From the human T2T-CHM13v2.0 reference genome, Homo sapiens, in NCBI RefSeq assembly GCF_009914755.1, contig NC_060926.1: a stretch of DNA of 64,000 nucleotides. One strand, written 5' to 3'. Every line of letters begins with the position of its first letter. Position 1 is the stretch's first letter. Positions 29,666 through 44,734 of this stretch are shown one piece after another. A program made the position numbers and the translations under genes. The notes under the pieces were generated by a model. That model had not been told where the DNA came from and did not search any database. It saw nothing but the letters and a program-made list of their open reading frames with translations.

Positions 29666-29999
29666 GCAGGGGGTGTGGGAGGAGAGAAGTGAAACAGAGC
29701 AATGGGAGATGGTGTCACAGAGCCAAGAGGAGAGGACCTGGAAGAAGGGAGGAAAGAATTAGTGGCCCCTCAGGGAAAAGGAAACAGGGACCCAGGAAAA
29801 TAAGGGCTGAAGTCTGCCCGCTGTGTTCAGCTTGAAGACCTGGTGGCATACAGTCTCACTGGGTACACTCCTTCCTGACACCCTCTCCAAGGAGCAGCCC
29901 ACAGGGGCCTTCGCTACACCAGTTCTCTTCACTCCTCGGCACACAGGAGCCTCTAGGCCTTAGCCCTTCAGGCCTGGCTCCCTCCCAGATCTCCAGAGC

Positions 30000-30480
30000 T
30001 GTAACTGTGCCCTCTTCCGTCCTGCCTGCAGGACCAGACTCGAGTCCCTCTTTGTGCCTGTGCCGTGTGCATCCAGCACCATCCACCCAGGAGCACTTGT
30101 CACCTCCGATTGCACTGATGGTTCTGGTACCTGCCTCTCTTACCTACCATCAGCTCCACATGGACAAGGACCATCTAACCATGTTAAATAACAAGTCCTA
30201 AACTTCTGGAACAGATCTTGGCACATATAAATATCATTGAATGTTTCTATAAGTGTTCAATAAATATTGAACGAGTGAGTGAATGGGTGAGAGTGTGGGT
30301 AAGTCAACAATTGTTAAACAGAGAGCAACAGTAGCCACCCAGGAGCAGCATCCTAAGGAGCTACTGAATCACAACCACTTTTATTTATTCACTTAACGTT
30401 CCGTAAGGGCAACTATGTGGCAGGCAGCAGGAGTACAAATATGAACGAGACACAGCCCCCAAGCCCTGGAGAAGCTTGCA
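30000..30480. mobile_element. L2 3'-end fragments in opposite orientations
   Basis: 'gtgttcaataaatattgaacgagtgagtgaatg' (+) and 'atttattcactt...caactatgtggcaggca' (-). Confidence 0.5.
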
Positions 30481-30819
30481 GACCAGTGACTTCAGCAGGC
30501 CCTCACATAGTGGCATTCATTTCTATAACATTTAGACAACCCGTGGTGCACTGGGCAGAGTCAGGGGTCTCACATCAACTTGGGCAGAATAGCAAGACAA
30601 GTGCCACGCGGAGAAGTCATAGGATCCCAGCAACATAGTTTTCCCCGAAAGCAACATAGGCAAGGCCTGGCCACGCCCACAACTCTAGCGCAAGTGTGGT
30701 CCCTGATCCGACGTACCACGGGTGGAACCTGCTCTGCGGTGGGGGCGTGAAGGCTCCCAGCTGGGGGAGCCGGCCCTCATCAGCCTTCGTTGATAAGCCC
30801 TGAAGAATGTGTGTGTTCC

Positions 30820-31345
30820 TCATTTTTACCTCATTACTGTGCAGTCCTACGACTGCAAAGCTGTTGATATAAACATGAACTATTTCTCCTTCACTTATAA
30901 TAACCTCATTCTAGTTTCTTCTTCCTGAAGCAGTTATAGTGTAATGATGTCATGTATTTAAGCCTGATAAACATAATTACTATCAACATTTAATTGATTC
31001 TTGATTACAATCAATTATATTTCTGAAACAATCAAGCATCCTACAATTAAAAATAATTGATTCATTAGTACACCCCCTTGACAATTACACAAATGCATTA
31101 TTTATGTAATTAGACACATTTACAGTTCATTATTCCACATTTTATGCTATTGTTATAAAGCTACTAAACTCTCCAGCTTACTTCTTAATCTTCCTGAGAT
31201 AGAACATACTGAGATAGAACACTAAGTTTATTCAAATGGATCTAGCTAAAAATTGGAAGTTACCTAAGGCAGTACAATTAAGTTATAAATCAAAAGCCTG
31301 AATTGCATGCCAATTTGAAAACAATAATTAACTAATTTACCTGCC
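30820..31345. promoter_or_regulatory. Candidate conserved enhancer (homeodomain-motif cluster)
   Basis: Non-repeat AT-rich island with six TAATTG/CAATTA and three TAATTA motifs, plus TGATAA and AACAAT sites. Confidence 0.5.
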
Positions 31346-31449
31346 ATATATCCAGGGGAAGCTGTGAGGGCCCATGATAGTGTGGATCTGGGTACACATG
31401 TTACCAGGTAAGCAGAACAACCACTTCTTCTCTAGGCAGAATCTTCATA

Positions 31450-31539
31450 ATGTGGAGTTGGGTAAAGGATATTAAAGAGACAATGTTAGCCATCATGTGG
31501 AGTTGGGTAAACGGTACTAAAGAGACAACGTTAGCCATT
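31450..31539. repeat. 45-bp tandem duplication
   Basis: atgtggagttgggtaaa...aaagagacaa(t/c)gttagccat occurs twice. Confidence 0.9.
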
Positions 31540-32299
31540 AGAGGTGACAGGCTCTGATCCAGGCCAGGGTAGAACCTGCGTTTGGGTCCTCTCCACCCCA
31601 ACCTGCAGGGCCCTCTGACGACTTCCCTCCCCCAAGAGGAAGGTGTCATTCTGATGAGTGAGCAGCCACCAGCCCTGAAGTCCGAGCAAGCTCCCTGTTC
31701 CCATCAAAGTCCAGGCAATTCCCTGTTGTCCAAATGCCTGTTTCCCTCTGTCTCTGCCAATAACCCTTCCCCACTGAGTTCTCCTTTCAAAATAGCAGAA
31801 TTAGCAGATGGATTTTCCTTGTTTTCTTTCTAAATTTTATGGCATGACAATAAGAATTCACCAAAGTACATTAATCCACACAGAGCAAAGCAGCGAGCAT
31901 GGGAGCCTTAAGCAGACCAGATAGTCAGGTGGCTTTCCAGAAGACGGAACGTAGGCGGGATCACAGGACAGGCAGGCTGTGGCAGATGATCACTGGCTGC
32001 AGGAACCACAGCTGAGCAGTGAGGGTGGCAGCCCCTCTTCCTGCCAGGGCACAGGGCTCCAGCAAGCAGGTTGAGCTGTGGGACCATGAGGCTGAAATCT
32101 GGCTGGTTAATTGAAGGAATGTCTCTGCAATCCCAAAACCACTCCTTCCCACCTGCAGTCACTCGCAGCAGTAGGGCCGCCCCCAGGATCAAGCCAAAGA
32201 GCTACAGAAATAAAACCAAGCACGCAGGAAGACAGGAATCTCCCACCAGGGGGTTAGCACCCAGAGACAGAGGCAGAAGATCTGAAAAACTTAAAAACA

Positions 32300-32961
<662 letters not shown>

Positions 32962-34658
32962 TGATTACACAACCATAAATGAAATGCTAGATAACTGTAA
33001 AATAAATAAAAATATTAATATATACAGATCTTCAAGGTATATTAAATTTAAGAAGCCATATGCAGCACAGTGGGATGGTGCATCTGTCAATTAACAATAG
33101 GTGAAGATCTGTGTGTGAGCATGTGGGTGGCATATTTGCCACAGACACATAAACACCCTCTGGAAATATACATTAAATAATTAATGATCACGGTTCCTAG
33201 GCATGGGATGAGACGGCGCTGAGAAGATGGAGATAAAGACTGAAGGAGACTGCATACTTTTTAGCATATTTTTATTCTTAATTTTTGAACCATTTGGAAA
33301 TGATTTTCTATTAAAAATTATGTTTAAAAAAAGTTGCAACAATGAAGGTCCATTTCTCCTCCCCATGCAGGTTACCTGGGATCTCCACTCAGTGTCACTT
33401 CCATCCTCACTCTGGGACCCAAGCCACTATCTACAGCATGGGCAGATGAATGACAAGGGACAAACAGAGCATGGTGAAGCTCAGGTCGGCTTTTACAGTG
33501 TCCACCCAGAAATGACACCTATTAGTTCTGTTCAAACTTTCTTGACCAATTCACAGGGACAAGACTGACTTTAGGGGCAGGGAGATATAATCCTCTCCCA
33601 GAAAGGACACTGGAAATGGATGTGTAGTAATACAGCTTACTGCAATGAGTTAACTAACGCAAATACCTGCAAACTTTATGGCCATATAAGAGAAAGAGAA
33701 GAAATGAGCACACAGCATTTCTGTAGAAAATACAAGTAATTTTCAGGCAGCATCTGTTTCAAACTCAACAAAACTCAAGAAAATGTGGATGTTATTTTTT
33801 TAAGACTTAGTAATAAAATTCTTTTTGGGTATGTTTAAAATTCCAAAATAAAATGTTTACCCAGCAAACATTTTTTAATGTGGAAAAACGAAGGAAAAAT
33901 AAAGATATTACCAGGTAAAGAAAAATGGAGGTAATTCATTGCTATCAGACATTCCTTACTTGAATTAAGTAGAGGAAGTCCTTCAGGCTGATGTAAAAGG
34001 ATACCAGACAGTAAATGAAATCGCATGAAGAAATAAAAAAATAGTAAAGATAACCACTTTGGTAAAAATTTAAAAGAATGAGTATTTTTCTGTTTGTAAC
34101 TTTAATCTAGTATGAATGACTACTGAATAAAGTAATAATTATAAAACTATGTTTACAGGCTTATATTTATAAGCATGTAATTTGTATGAAATAATAGCAC
34201 AATGAAAGGGAGATGGAACGGGGCTATGTAGGAACAAAGGTTTTATTTAGTATTGAAATTAATTGGTATTAATATTAATTAGATAATTATAAGTTAAGAT
34301 GTTAATTTTAATTACCATATCAACCAATAAGATGACAACTTGAAAAAAATGTAGTAAAAGAAACAAGGGTATTTAAATGGTAACTACAAAATATCCACTT
34401 AACACAAAAGAAGGCAATAATGGATGAATAGGTAAACAAAAGAGACATAAGATACAGAAAATAGCTAAGTGGCAGCTGTAAATCCTAGCTTATGAATAAC
34501 TACATTAAATGTAAATGGATGAAACAAATGAATTCAAAGGCAAAGATTGACAGAATGAATTTAAAAACATGATCAAACTATACGCTGTCTACAAGAGACA
34601 CTTTAGATTTAAAGACACAAATAGGTTGAAAGTAAAAAGATTTAAAAAAAAAAAAGTT

Positions 34659-34818
34659 CAGTTGTCCCTTGGTATATGTAGGGAATTGGTTCCAGGACCC
34701 CACATGTGCCAAAATCTGTGCATACTCAAGTCCAGCGGTTGACCTGGCAGAATCTGCTTATTCAAAAAGTCAGCCCTCCATATACATCAGTTTTGCATTC
34801 TGTAAATATTGTATTTTT
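34659..34818 (+). mobile_element. MER2B-type Tigger fragment
   Basis: cagttgtcccttggtat...attggttccaggacccc...catactcaagtcc. Confidence 0.7.
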
Positions 34819-35310
34819 TATCTGAAATCTTGAAAAAGAACAAAGTTTGAGGACTCACTCTTCCCAATTTCAAAACTTAATTCAAAGCTATAGTAATCAA
34901 TACAGTGAGGTACTGACCTACGTGTAGACATACAGTTCGATGGAATAGAATTAAGAATCCAGAAATAAATCCTTACACCTATGGTCAGTTGATATTCAAC
35001 AATGGCACCAAGACAATCCAATGGAGAAAGAATAGTATTTTCAAGCCTGGATATCCACATGCAAAGAATAAATGCATATTCCTACCTTACATCAGGTACA
35101 AAAATTAACTCCACATGGATCATAGAAATAAACGTAAGAACTAAAACTATAAAATTCCTAGTAGAAAACATAGGAGTAAATCTTTATGATCTTGTATTGG
35201 GTAATTGTTTCCTAGATATGATACCAAAAGTATAAGTGACAACAGAAAAAAAGATAGATAAACTGAACTTTATTAAAAACTCTTGTGCTTCAAAGACACT
35301 ATCAAGAAAT

Positions 35311-35730
35311 TGGTGGTGGCTCATGCCTATAATCCCAGGACTTTGGGAGGCCAAGGCAGGAGGCTTGTTTGAGGGCAAAGTTTGAGAACATTCTGGGCAA
35401 CATAGTAAAACCCTGTCTCTCAAGAGAAAAAAATTAACCAGGTGTGTTGATGCACACCTGTAGTCGTAGCTACTCAAGAGGCCGAAGCAGGAGGATTGCT
35501 TGAGCCCAGGAGTTTGAAACCAGCCTGGGCAATATAGTGAGACCTTGTATCTACTAAAAATTAAAAAGAATTAGCCAGGCATGGTAGTATGTGCCTGTGG
35601 TCCTAGCTACTCAGGAGGCTGAGGCAGGAGGATTGCTTGAGCCCAGGAGTTCAAAGTTGCAGTAAACTATAATCACACCGCTTTCACTCCAGCCTGGATG
35701 ACAGAGTGATGCCCTGACTCTAAAAAACAA
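35311..35730 (+). mobile_element. AluJ-derived trimer (three monomers)
   Basis: Monomers start at about 35311, 35436 and 35572, separated by two A-rich linkers. Confidence 0.85.
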
Positions 35731-36129
35731 AGTTGAAAAGATTTGCAGATTACATATCTAACAAAGATCTAGTATCCAGAATACATAAGAAATTCTTAAC
35801 TCAATAGTGAAAAGACAACCAAAAAACTGGGCAAAGGAATTCAATACACATCTGTCCAAAGAAGATATACACAGGGCCAATAAGTATATGAAAAGATGAT
35901 CAACATATTAGCCATCAAGAAACGCAAATCAAAACCACAATGAGACACCACTTCACATCCAAATAAGATGGCTAAAGTAAAAACTGCAGACAATAACAAG
36001 CATTGACGAGGATGTGGAGAAATTCAACCATCATGCATTCCTGGTGGGAATGTAAAATTGTGTATGCATTTTTAAAAACATTTTAGCAGTTTATCAACAT
36101 GTTAAACATAGAGTTAACAATAAAATAGC

Positions 36130-37885
36130 AAAAATCGTTTTCCTTTAAGAAATAAGTAACAGCCTGGACTCAATTTTTCTTACACAACTTTAAAGATTAG
36201 AAAATAGTGAAGCGACTACTTCAAAGTTAAAAAGAAAGTTTCTGACTCCAAAATTCCATACCCAGCTAAGGTTGCAGAACTGATATCCACATCTTTCCTC
36301 AGAAATGTGCTCTAGGCCATCAACAAAAAGATTTTTTTTAATCCTTCAAAGATGGAAGTCACGACATAAAAATTTGACAAAGGGAATCAAAATTGTTTAC
36401 TCAAACAACTCTAAATAATTGTTATAAATTTCATTCATCTGTCACATGTAATTCTCAAAAATGAAAACATTTCATGTAAAAGACAGCCCAGTGACAGTAT
36501 GAGAGAAAAAAGATACACAGGAGCTAGAAGGAAAAGTAAAAGAAAATAAGTGTGCCAATCAACTCAATTTATATAAGAAAAATCAGTATGTTTCATTCTT
36601 GACGTTGATATTTAAACAATGTGTGTTCTTTTCTTGTCTAAGAAAAAAGAGTCACCATAATTGAATCAATAAGCGATAAATGAAAAGCCATGTATGAAAT
36701 TGAAAATGTTGTTGAAGAATTATTTCTCACAAGTTTCCAGCCACAGACATTTTCACAGGCTGGGTTTTCAGACTGTCATGGAACAGATGATTTCCATGCT
36801 AGATAAGTGTTTCCAGAGAACACAAAAAGGTGGCATGTTTCCCAATAATTCATTTCCCAAAGCCAGCATGTCCTAGAGACACAAGCAAAGACAGACTAAA
36901 AAGGGAACTAGACGCAGATGTCTTTTATGAATACAGATGCAAAAATGATATGTGAAATAAAGAGAAAAAAGGACTATGCTTATGTCAATAGATGCTAAAA
37001 AGACATTTGCTAAAACTTATAATAAACTAGGAAAGAAAAATGCTTCTTTAACATGATTAAAAACACCTACTCAAAGCCAGTAGCCAATACCTACCTAACA
37101 ATAAATACCTAACAGTAAATCTGGTAGCATTCTCACTGAAACAATGGAAAAGACAAGGCAGCTTACTGTGGCCAGCATGCCCTCAGATCCACAACAAAAT
37201 AAAAGGAGGGAAAACTCTCTCCCTATATATATAATACACACACTCTCACACACACACACACACACACACATTCACATATAATTTTTGAAAAGGAAGGTGA
37301 AATTTTGACATTATTCAAATTTGATATCATCGCTTACCTAAGAAAAATAATGTAAAATTATACTAATTTTTAAAAAAATTTTAATAGGAACATAAAAAGC
37401 AGTCGTTTTCCTACATATCAGCATTAACAGTTAGAGAAACAATGGGAAAAGAATTCTATTCACAATTTTAAAACTGAGTACCTGGAAATTAATCTTACAA
37501 GAAGTCTGTCAGGCTCAAATAATTAAATCCATAAGCCCAAGAGAGCACCACAGAAAATATTTGAACAAATGGAGAAATACAGTATATTCCATATCTAAAA
37601 AGAAATATTAAGAAGATGTACGTTTTTGCCAAACTAATTTATGAATTTGATGCAACTCAAACTTCCAATAGAATTTTGTAAGCAAAATTGATTATAAATG
37701 TTGTCTAGAAGAATGAAAAGCAAAAAAAAGCAAGGAAATTTTTTAAAAATAATAACATGGATGCGTATAGGATACTTCAGGCTGAAATAAAGTGGCAATA
37801 AGTAAATGGGTGAAGTACTAGGGCAAAAATACACACAGTGATCACTAGACTAGAACAGAGACCCAGAAACATGCCCAGTATATAC
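36130..37885 (+). mobile_element. Highly decayed L1ME-type fragments with a (CA)n tract at about 37235-37270
   Basis: atgaatacagatgcaaaaat, tcaatagatgctaaaaagacatttg and aaattaatcttacaagaag ORF2-like relics. Confidence 0.6.
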
Positions 37886-37901
37886 CAGCAGTCAGCCTAG
37901 A

Positions 37902-38215
37902 CAGTCATCCCTGGATCCCCACGAGGGACTGGTTTCAGGACTCCCTGCAGGTACCAAAATCTGAGAATGCTCAAGTCCTGATAGAAAACGGTGCTGTATT
38001 TGGATAAAGTCTACACACATCCTCTCATATACTTCAAGTCATCTCCAGATTACCTGTAATAGCTAATACAACGCAAATCCCACGTCAATAGTTGTCATTA
38101 GAGTGTATCGGTTTTATTTGTATTAGTTTTTGTTGTGCTGTTTTTTTTTTCCTGAATATTTTCCATCTATGGTGATTGAATTGCAGGTGTGGAAGCTGCA
38201 GATAGGAAGATCAAC
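37902..38215 (+). mobile_element. MER2 (Tigger MITE)
   Basis: cagtcatccctggatcc...taccaaaatctgagaatgctcaagtcc...ctacacacatcctctcatatacttcaagtcatctccagattac. Confidence 0.8.
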
Positions 38216-38254
38216 CTTAACACTGTTTGGCACTCACATCTGTGGGAGGCCGAG

Positions 38255-38480
38255 CAGAGACCCAGAGCCCAGGTCTCACAGCCAGGCCGTCCAGAGGGAG
38301 CCCTGTTTCCATCATCGAGCAGCTGTGTGACCCTGAGCAAGTTCCTTAACTTGGCTTTGCTTTACATTTCTTCGCCAGTCAAATAAAGATAATAATATCT
38401 CTCTTACTGGGTGGTTGTGAGGATTATATAAGTTAATAGATGAAAAGCCCTAAAAAGAAGGCCTGCACATATTAAGTTCT
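38255..38480 (+). mobile_element. MIR
   Basis: agctgtgtgaccctgagcaagttccttaac...gggtggttgtgaggatta. Confidence 0.75.
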
Positions 38481-39739
38481 ATAGAAGAATGTATTAAAGA
38501 AAACAACTAAGTTGGGTTAGAAAAATTAGTTAATTGGGAGGACAATAAATCGGCTCCATTCATGCTCGCACTACACACCCTGATGGAATACCAGGTTCAG
38601 CTACAAAATAGAATTACTAAATAATAATAGAGAGCAGATAAAACACGTGATCTTGCAGCAGTGACGTGTTTTGAATATGACGGGGTGTGGGGAGATTCGG
38701 GGTTGGGGAAACACAAAGCTCTGGGAAATCAAGAAAAGCAGCAATTCCTAGAGTCAGTTGCCCTCGTAACACAGCCAGGAGAGCTCAGTCTATGTTTAAG
38801 CTAAATATGATAGAGTGTAACATCTATACAAATGTAAGGGGAAAATCAACAGGTCTGGGTAAAAATAATTTCTGGAATAAGATAAGGTATTCCTGCATTC
38901 TCAGTCTTTAGTCTATGAAAACCGTCAGAAAATAAAAACGGGAAAACTAAAATGCCTCCCAAGAATGCCATCCTTTTTTTTTTAACATTAAAAACATTCT
39001 CTAAGGAATAGAGTTTCCTCATTACTGCTGTGAAATCCACATGAATACTAAAGAATGTATGTTTTCTCCAAAAAGAGTGTGTGCCTGAACATAAGATTAC
39101 CACGCACGCTGCGATGAGCTGGGAACACCATCTCATCTCTGCACAGAGCCGCCGTTTCAAAGACGCAAGAGCTGGGAATCTCAGCAAATCAAATTGCACA
39201 ACATGAAGCGCTGTCTCTATCGCGCGGTTAGCTTACTGCTATCATTTGTGGGAAATACGAGGCACTAAAATTCTGACACCACATTCCTTGCAGAGCCTTG
39301 CAACGGGAAGAAGAAATGGCACGGCGTGAACCCAGTCTCTCAAATGAGTCGGCCAAACCTTGACAATTGATCTAGCGCCACTGCAGTTTATCCCACAAAA
39401 GCCTTACCCTAAGTCCAGCGGATCCCCATGCAATCTGAGAGTGCCAGGCAGGCCCCATTATTCCAGGACCACAAAGGGAGCCCGTGCCCTTGGCGAGGAC
39501 TCCAGGGCTCTAAAGATGACTGGATAGCAGCAGCTGTCACAAAGCCTGTTCCTAGGCATAACAGAAATTGGAAAAGTTTGTTTCCAGTGCCTCTGCACAC
39601 TCCCCACCCCACCCTTCAACACCGCCTTCCATCGTTCCCCTCCACCCCCTTGCGTGCAGCAGTTTTTGCTGTACCTAAAAGGACTTGTTTTGCAAGTGAA
39701 GACTTGCCGCCAGGAGAAGGACGCTGCCATGACAGGCGC

Positions 39740-39850
39740 TTTACACACGTGTTCTAATCACAGCTATCCTGAAAGACAAACTATGTTCGCATCCTCATTT
39801 TACAGAGAAAGACATGAAACCTCTATGAGTGAAGAATTTGCCAAAAGGGG
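39740..39850 (-). mobile_element. MIR fragment
   Basis: atcctcattttacagagaaagacatga. Confidence 0.5.
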
Positions 39851-40689
39851 CCCTGCCTCAGCCCCCTGGGCCCTGCCATACTCCAGGAGAGACGGTCAGC
39901 ACCCTGGGTCCTGGGCAGCCATGGAGGGAGGCCACACACCTTCCGAGGCATCCAGTGCCACCACAGACACAGCGCCTTCTCCTCTGCCCAGACCTGCCCC
40001 CTGCTTGGGGCTTTTGGACCCTCTCCCCACATCCAGTGTGCCTACTGTGTTCTCTCCTCGGGAGGACCCTGTTGTCTGCTAAGGTCACAATGACACCCAG
40101 TGTGGAGGCAACGTGGGTGGCTGGTGACTCTTTCCTCATGCCACACGCTCAGCACGCTTCCAGGGAGCCCTTGATGGGTGGGCCCAGCGCTGTTCCCACG
40201 GCACCAAGAGAGACAAGGTCTCCACCAATACAGCGTGAGCAGGGAGGGGGCAGACGAGGAAGGACAGTTCTGTGTCCCAGCATCAGTGACTGGGTTTTAG
40301 ATAAGTAGGTCTAGGTCTCCTCTGGCCTCTTCCACCCTCTTATGTATAGATCCATACCAAATTGTTTAAATGCCCTGACTCTTCATCTGTAAAATAGGGC
40401 AATGACCGCCCACACTGCTCCTGCTGCCTCTTCTCAACAAGGGGGTTGTGCAGATCCGAGAGGGAAGCCGCACACAGGAAGGTTGTTGAGATGGGAGAGG
40501 GAGACCGCGCAGCTTACAGGTAGATGCTGCTTCTGAAGCTGCTGGCGGATTGGGGTGCGCGTCACAAGGTGGAGTTTGCTTTTAGAACCCAAATGACAAA
40601 GATCTCTGAGTTATAAGCACCTCTCACCTCAACCAGCAGCAGCAGAGGGGGCTGAGTGGTCATCACAGGGTCTCCTAGGAACACAGAGA

Positions 40690-40830
40690 CGACCTGGCCT
40701 GGCCCTGTCCACTTACTGCCGGTGAGACCCTGGCCATGTCACTTAATGTCTGGCAAACTCACTTTTCTCACCTGTAAAATGGGTTCCTAGCCCTGCCTCG
40801 CCTGCTTGCTGGGTGGTGAGGATCACAGCC
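40690..40830 (+). mobile_element. MIR fragment
   Basis: ccacttactgcc...gtcacttaatgtct...cacctgtaaaatggg. Confidence 0.6.
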
Positions 40831-41884
40831 TGGACTGGGAGATGGGTGGGGCGTGCATGAATAGGCAGAGAGGAAATGAAAGGCTGCTCCAGCTTGCCCA
40901 AGGGCCAGAGACGGTCCATGCTTGGTGTGCTGGAGTTGGGGCTGAGAGAGAGACAGTGTTATTTTCCTGGAGATAGGACTTCTTATTTCGCTGGAGTACC
41001 CAGCTTTGGACAGGAAATCACTTGTTCATTGTTATCAGCCTGGGAGAGGAAATAAGGGCCCACATCTCTGCACTGCTTGCCCTGGAATGTGATTTATTGG
41101 AAACACTGGATAACTCATAGATGATAAAAACAACTGAAATGAGGCCCTGGAAGCTGCTCTGGCCTGAGCTCAGCGCAGCCCTGAGGCAGCAGCCGGGCAG
41201 GGAAGCCTGAGAGCTGCTGGGGCCGCAGGGACTCGGCCACGTCCAGCCACACAAAACAAACCAAACGTTTCGGGCGATCCTGGGGCAGCATCCTTTCCTC
41301 ATCCTGCCTGGGCCAGGAGCCTGGGGCTACGAAGTCGTAAAGACTTACCCAGTGCATTCTGTCCAGAATCAGGGGCCCCTCTCAAGAGAAAATACAGCAT
41401 CACAAAAGTCCACACGGAGGCACATTGGCGGCTGTCGTGCTTTGTTGATCCCCGTGACAGATGCTGAAACACCAGCTAGTAAAATGGACACTTTGGGGCT
41501 GACATCTGCTGCTGTGCCTGTAATGAGCACTTCCTGTATGCAGGCAGCTGGGTGCCAGGCACAGGAAATCTACACAGGCCACAGAATAATTTGATTTGGG
41601 CTTTCTACGGAGTGCGCGCCGTCTCTGAGCTTTCGTGATTTCATCTTCCGGAAGGCGAAAATCATCCCTCTGCTGAATTGGGTTTTGATTTGCTGGTGTT
41701 CACCTGACAGGACGCATCTCCCGCGAAGAAGCAGTGTTTGACTCCGTGCTGCAGGGTTGTTTTGTCTCCGAAATGCAAACCAGCTACTTTTTTAATCCCA
41801 TGGAGACCGTCCAGACACCAGACATTACTATATCCCTGGAATTATTCCCTGGGCAGCCGCAAATGAAGCTGGGAAGAACTGCAG

Positions 41885-41938
41885 TGGAGGGTGGAGGACG
41901 GAGGGTGGAGGGTGGAGGGTGGAGGGTGGGAGGTGGGT
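41885..41938 (+). repeat. (GGAGGGT)n G-rich microsatellite
   Basis: About 7 heptamer copies. Confidence 0.9.
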
Positions 41939-42569
41939 GACTGGGAGCATTTCCTGTGGTGGAGGAGCTGATCACACGTACAGGAAGGGAACACCTGGAG
42001 CCCTGGCTGGCAACCCTGTCCAGACTGCACTCAGCATCCACAGCAGCACGCACAGGGCAGCAGGAGTGCTTCCTCAGTGCAGAGAGCACCAGAGCTGCCC
42101 CACCTTCTCCTAGCCATCTGCAACTACTGGCCCCCAAGGAGAACATTAAGAAGAACTCAGAGGAGCTAAACTCACCAAGATTGAGCCAAAGTCCTCAGGA
42201 CACGCCAGAAGAGCCTCCATTAGCTCTGTCCCAGATCCATCCTAAGGGAACAGTGCAGAGGCAAGAGGCAAAGGGCCAAGATGAGGCCCCAGCACCTTCT
42301 TCTTGAACATGTGGGGGCCAGGAGACAAGAGCCACACCCTCACCCCAGCCTGGTCTGCAGGGTCTGTCCTCCCTGCTTGGTTCTTCCCTAAGGCAACTCA
42401 CAAAGCCACTGCAGACAGCAGGACTGCAGTTTTTGAGCCAAAAGTTGAGACACAGGTTTTGACAATTTAAAAAAAGATTTTTCTCATTAGTAAATATATT
42501 TGAGATGTTAGAAAGAGGTTTCACAAATCATATTAATTTATATGTGAATTAATATATTTTGTTAAATAA

Positions 42570-42660
42570 CCTCTCCCTGGGTCCCTCCCACAACATGTGG
42601 GAATTCTGGGAGATACAATTCAAGTTGAGATTCGGGTGGGGACACAGCCAAACCGTATCA
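42570..42660 (-). mobile_element. THE1D-like LTR fragment (5' end only)
   Basis: ggtccctcccacaacatgtgggaattctgggagatacaattcaagttgagatt...cagccaaaccgtatca. Confidence 0.8.
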
Positions 42661-42784
42661 CATGACCAAGGCAGATGAGACCCTGCTCGAAGTTGATGTT
42701 TCAGTTGGGGTGCCAGGAGGGCACTGGGAGACACACGAGAATGCAAGAGAAGACCACCTTTGCCCTGGTTTAAACATATATCTA

Positions 42785-43076
42785 TATAACATAAACTTAG
42801 GATCTTAAGTGTGGAGTGCAGCAGGGCTGGCTCTACACACACTACTGGAACTTTTCATCCGGCAAATCTGAAACTAGGGATCCATTAAACAACCCCCAGA
42901 AACACCCTTCCCCCACTGCCCTGGCACCCACCATTCTACTTTATGTTGCTAAGAGTTTAACTATGCCAGGGACCTCACAGGAAGTGGAATTCCACAGTAT
43001 TTGTCCTTCTGTGACGAATGACTTCGCCTGCACCACTTAGCGTGATGTCCGCAAGGTTTATCCGGGCCATAGCATG
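42785..43076 (-). mobile_element. L1MA/L1MB 3' UTR fragment
   Basis: ccctggcacccaccattctacttt...cagtatttgtccttctgtgac. Confidence 0.7.
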
Positions 43077-43307
43077 TCAGGGGAAACATCACTTTCAGGC
43101 CAGAAAATGACAGAAGCTGTGAGGATGACAGAATAAGCTGATCTGATTAAGGAGTCATGGGAGCCGGGCACAGTGGCTCACATCTGTAATCCCAGCACTT
43201 TGGGAGGTCAAGGCGGGCAGACTGCTTGCCTCCAAGAGTTCATGACCAGCCTGGGCAATAGGGTGAAACCCCATCTCTACAAACAATTTAAAAATTAGCT
43301 GGTTTCA

Positions 43308-43921
<614 letters not shown>

Positions 43922-44011
43922 GAATATCTGGACATATTACGACCGAATCCAGTGCCTTTCAGGTTTCATTTTTCAATATAAATAATGACTAACATTAAAA
44001 AAAATTAGCTA

Positions 44012-44685
<674 letters not shown>

Positions 44686-44734
44686 GAAGGGGCTGCCTCA
44701 GATCCGGGGGCACAGAAGCTCTCCTGCAGATTCT

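Larger units (their letters stand above)
33850..36120 (+). mobile_element. L1M/L1MB element with large internal deletions, interrupted by MER2B and Alu
   Basis: ORF1 end and inter-ORF (33.85-34.65 kb) resemble 2.7-3.8 kb. ORF2 3' pieces lie at 34825-35310 and 35735-36120. Confidence 0.8.

Noticed and set aside
42430-42565. AT-rich block as an enhancer
   Set aside because: More likely an old hAT (Arthur/Charlie-like) transposon fragment next to a deletion junction with THE1.
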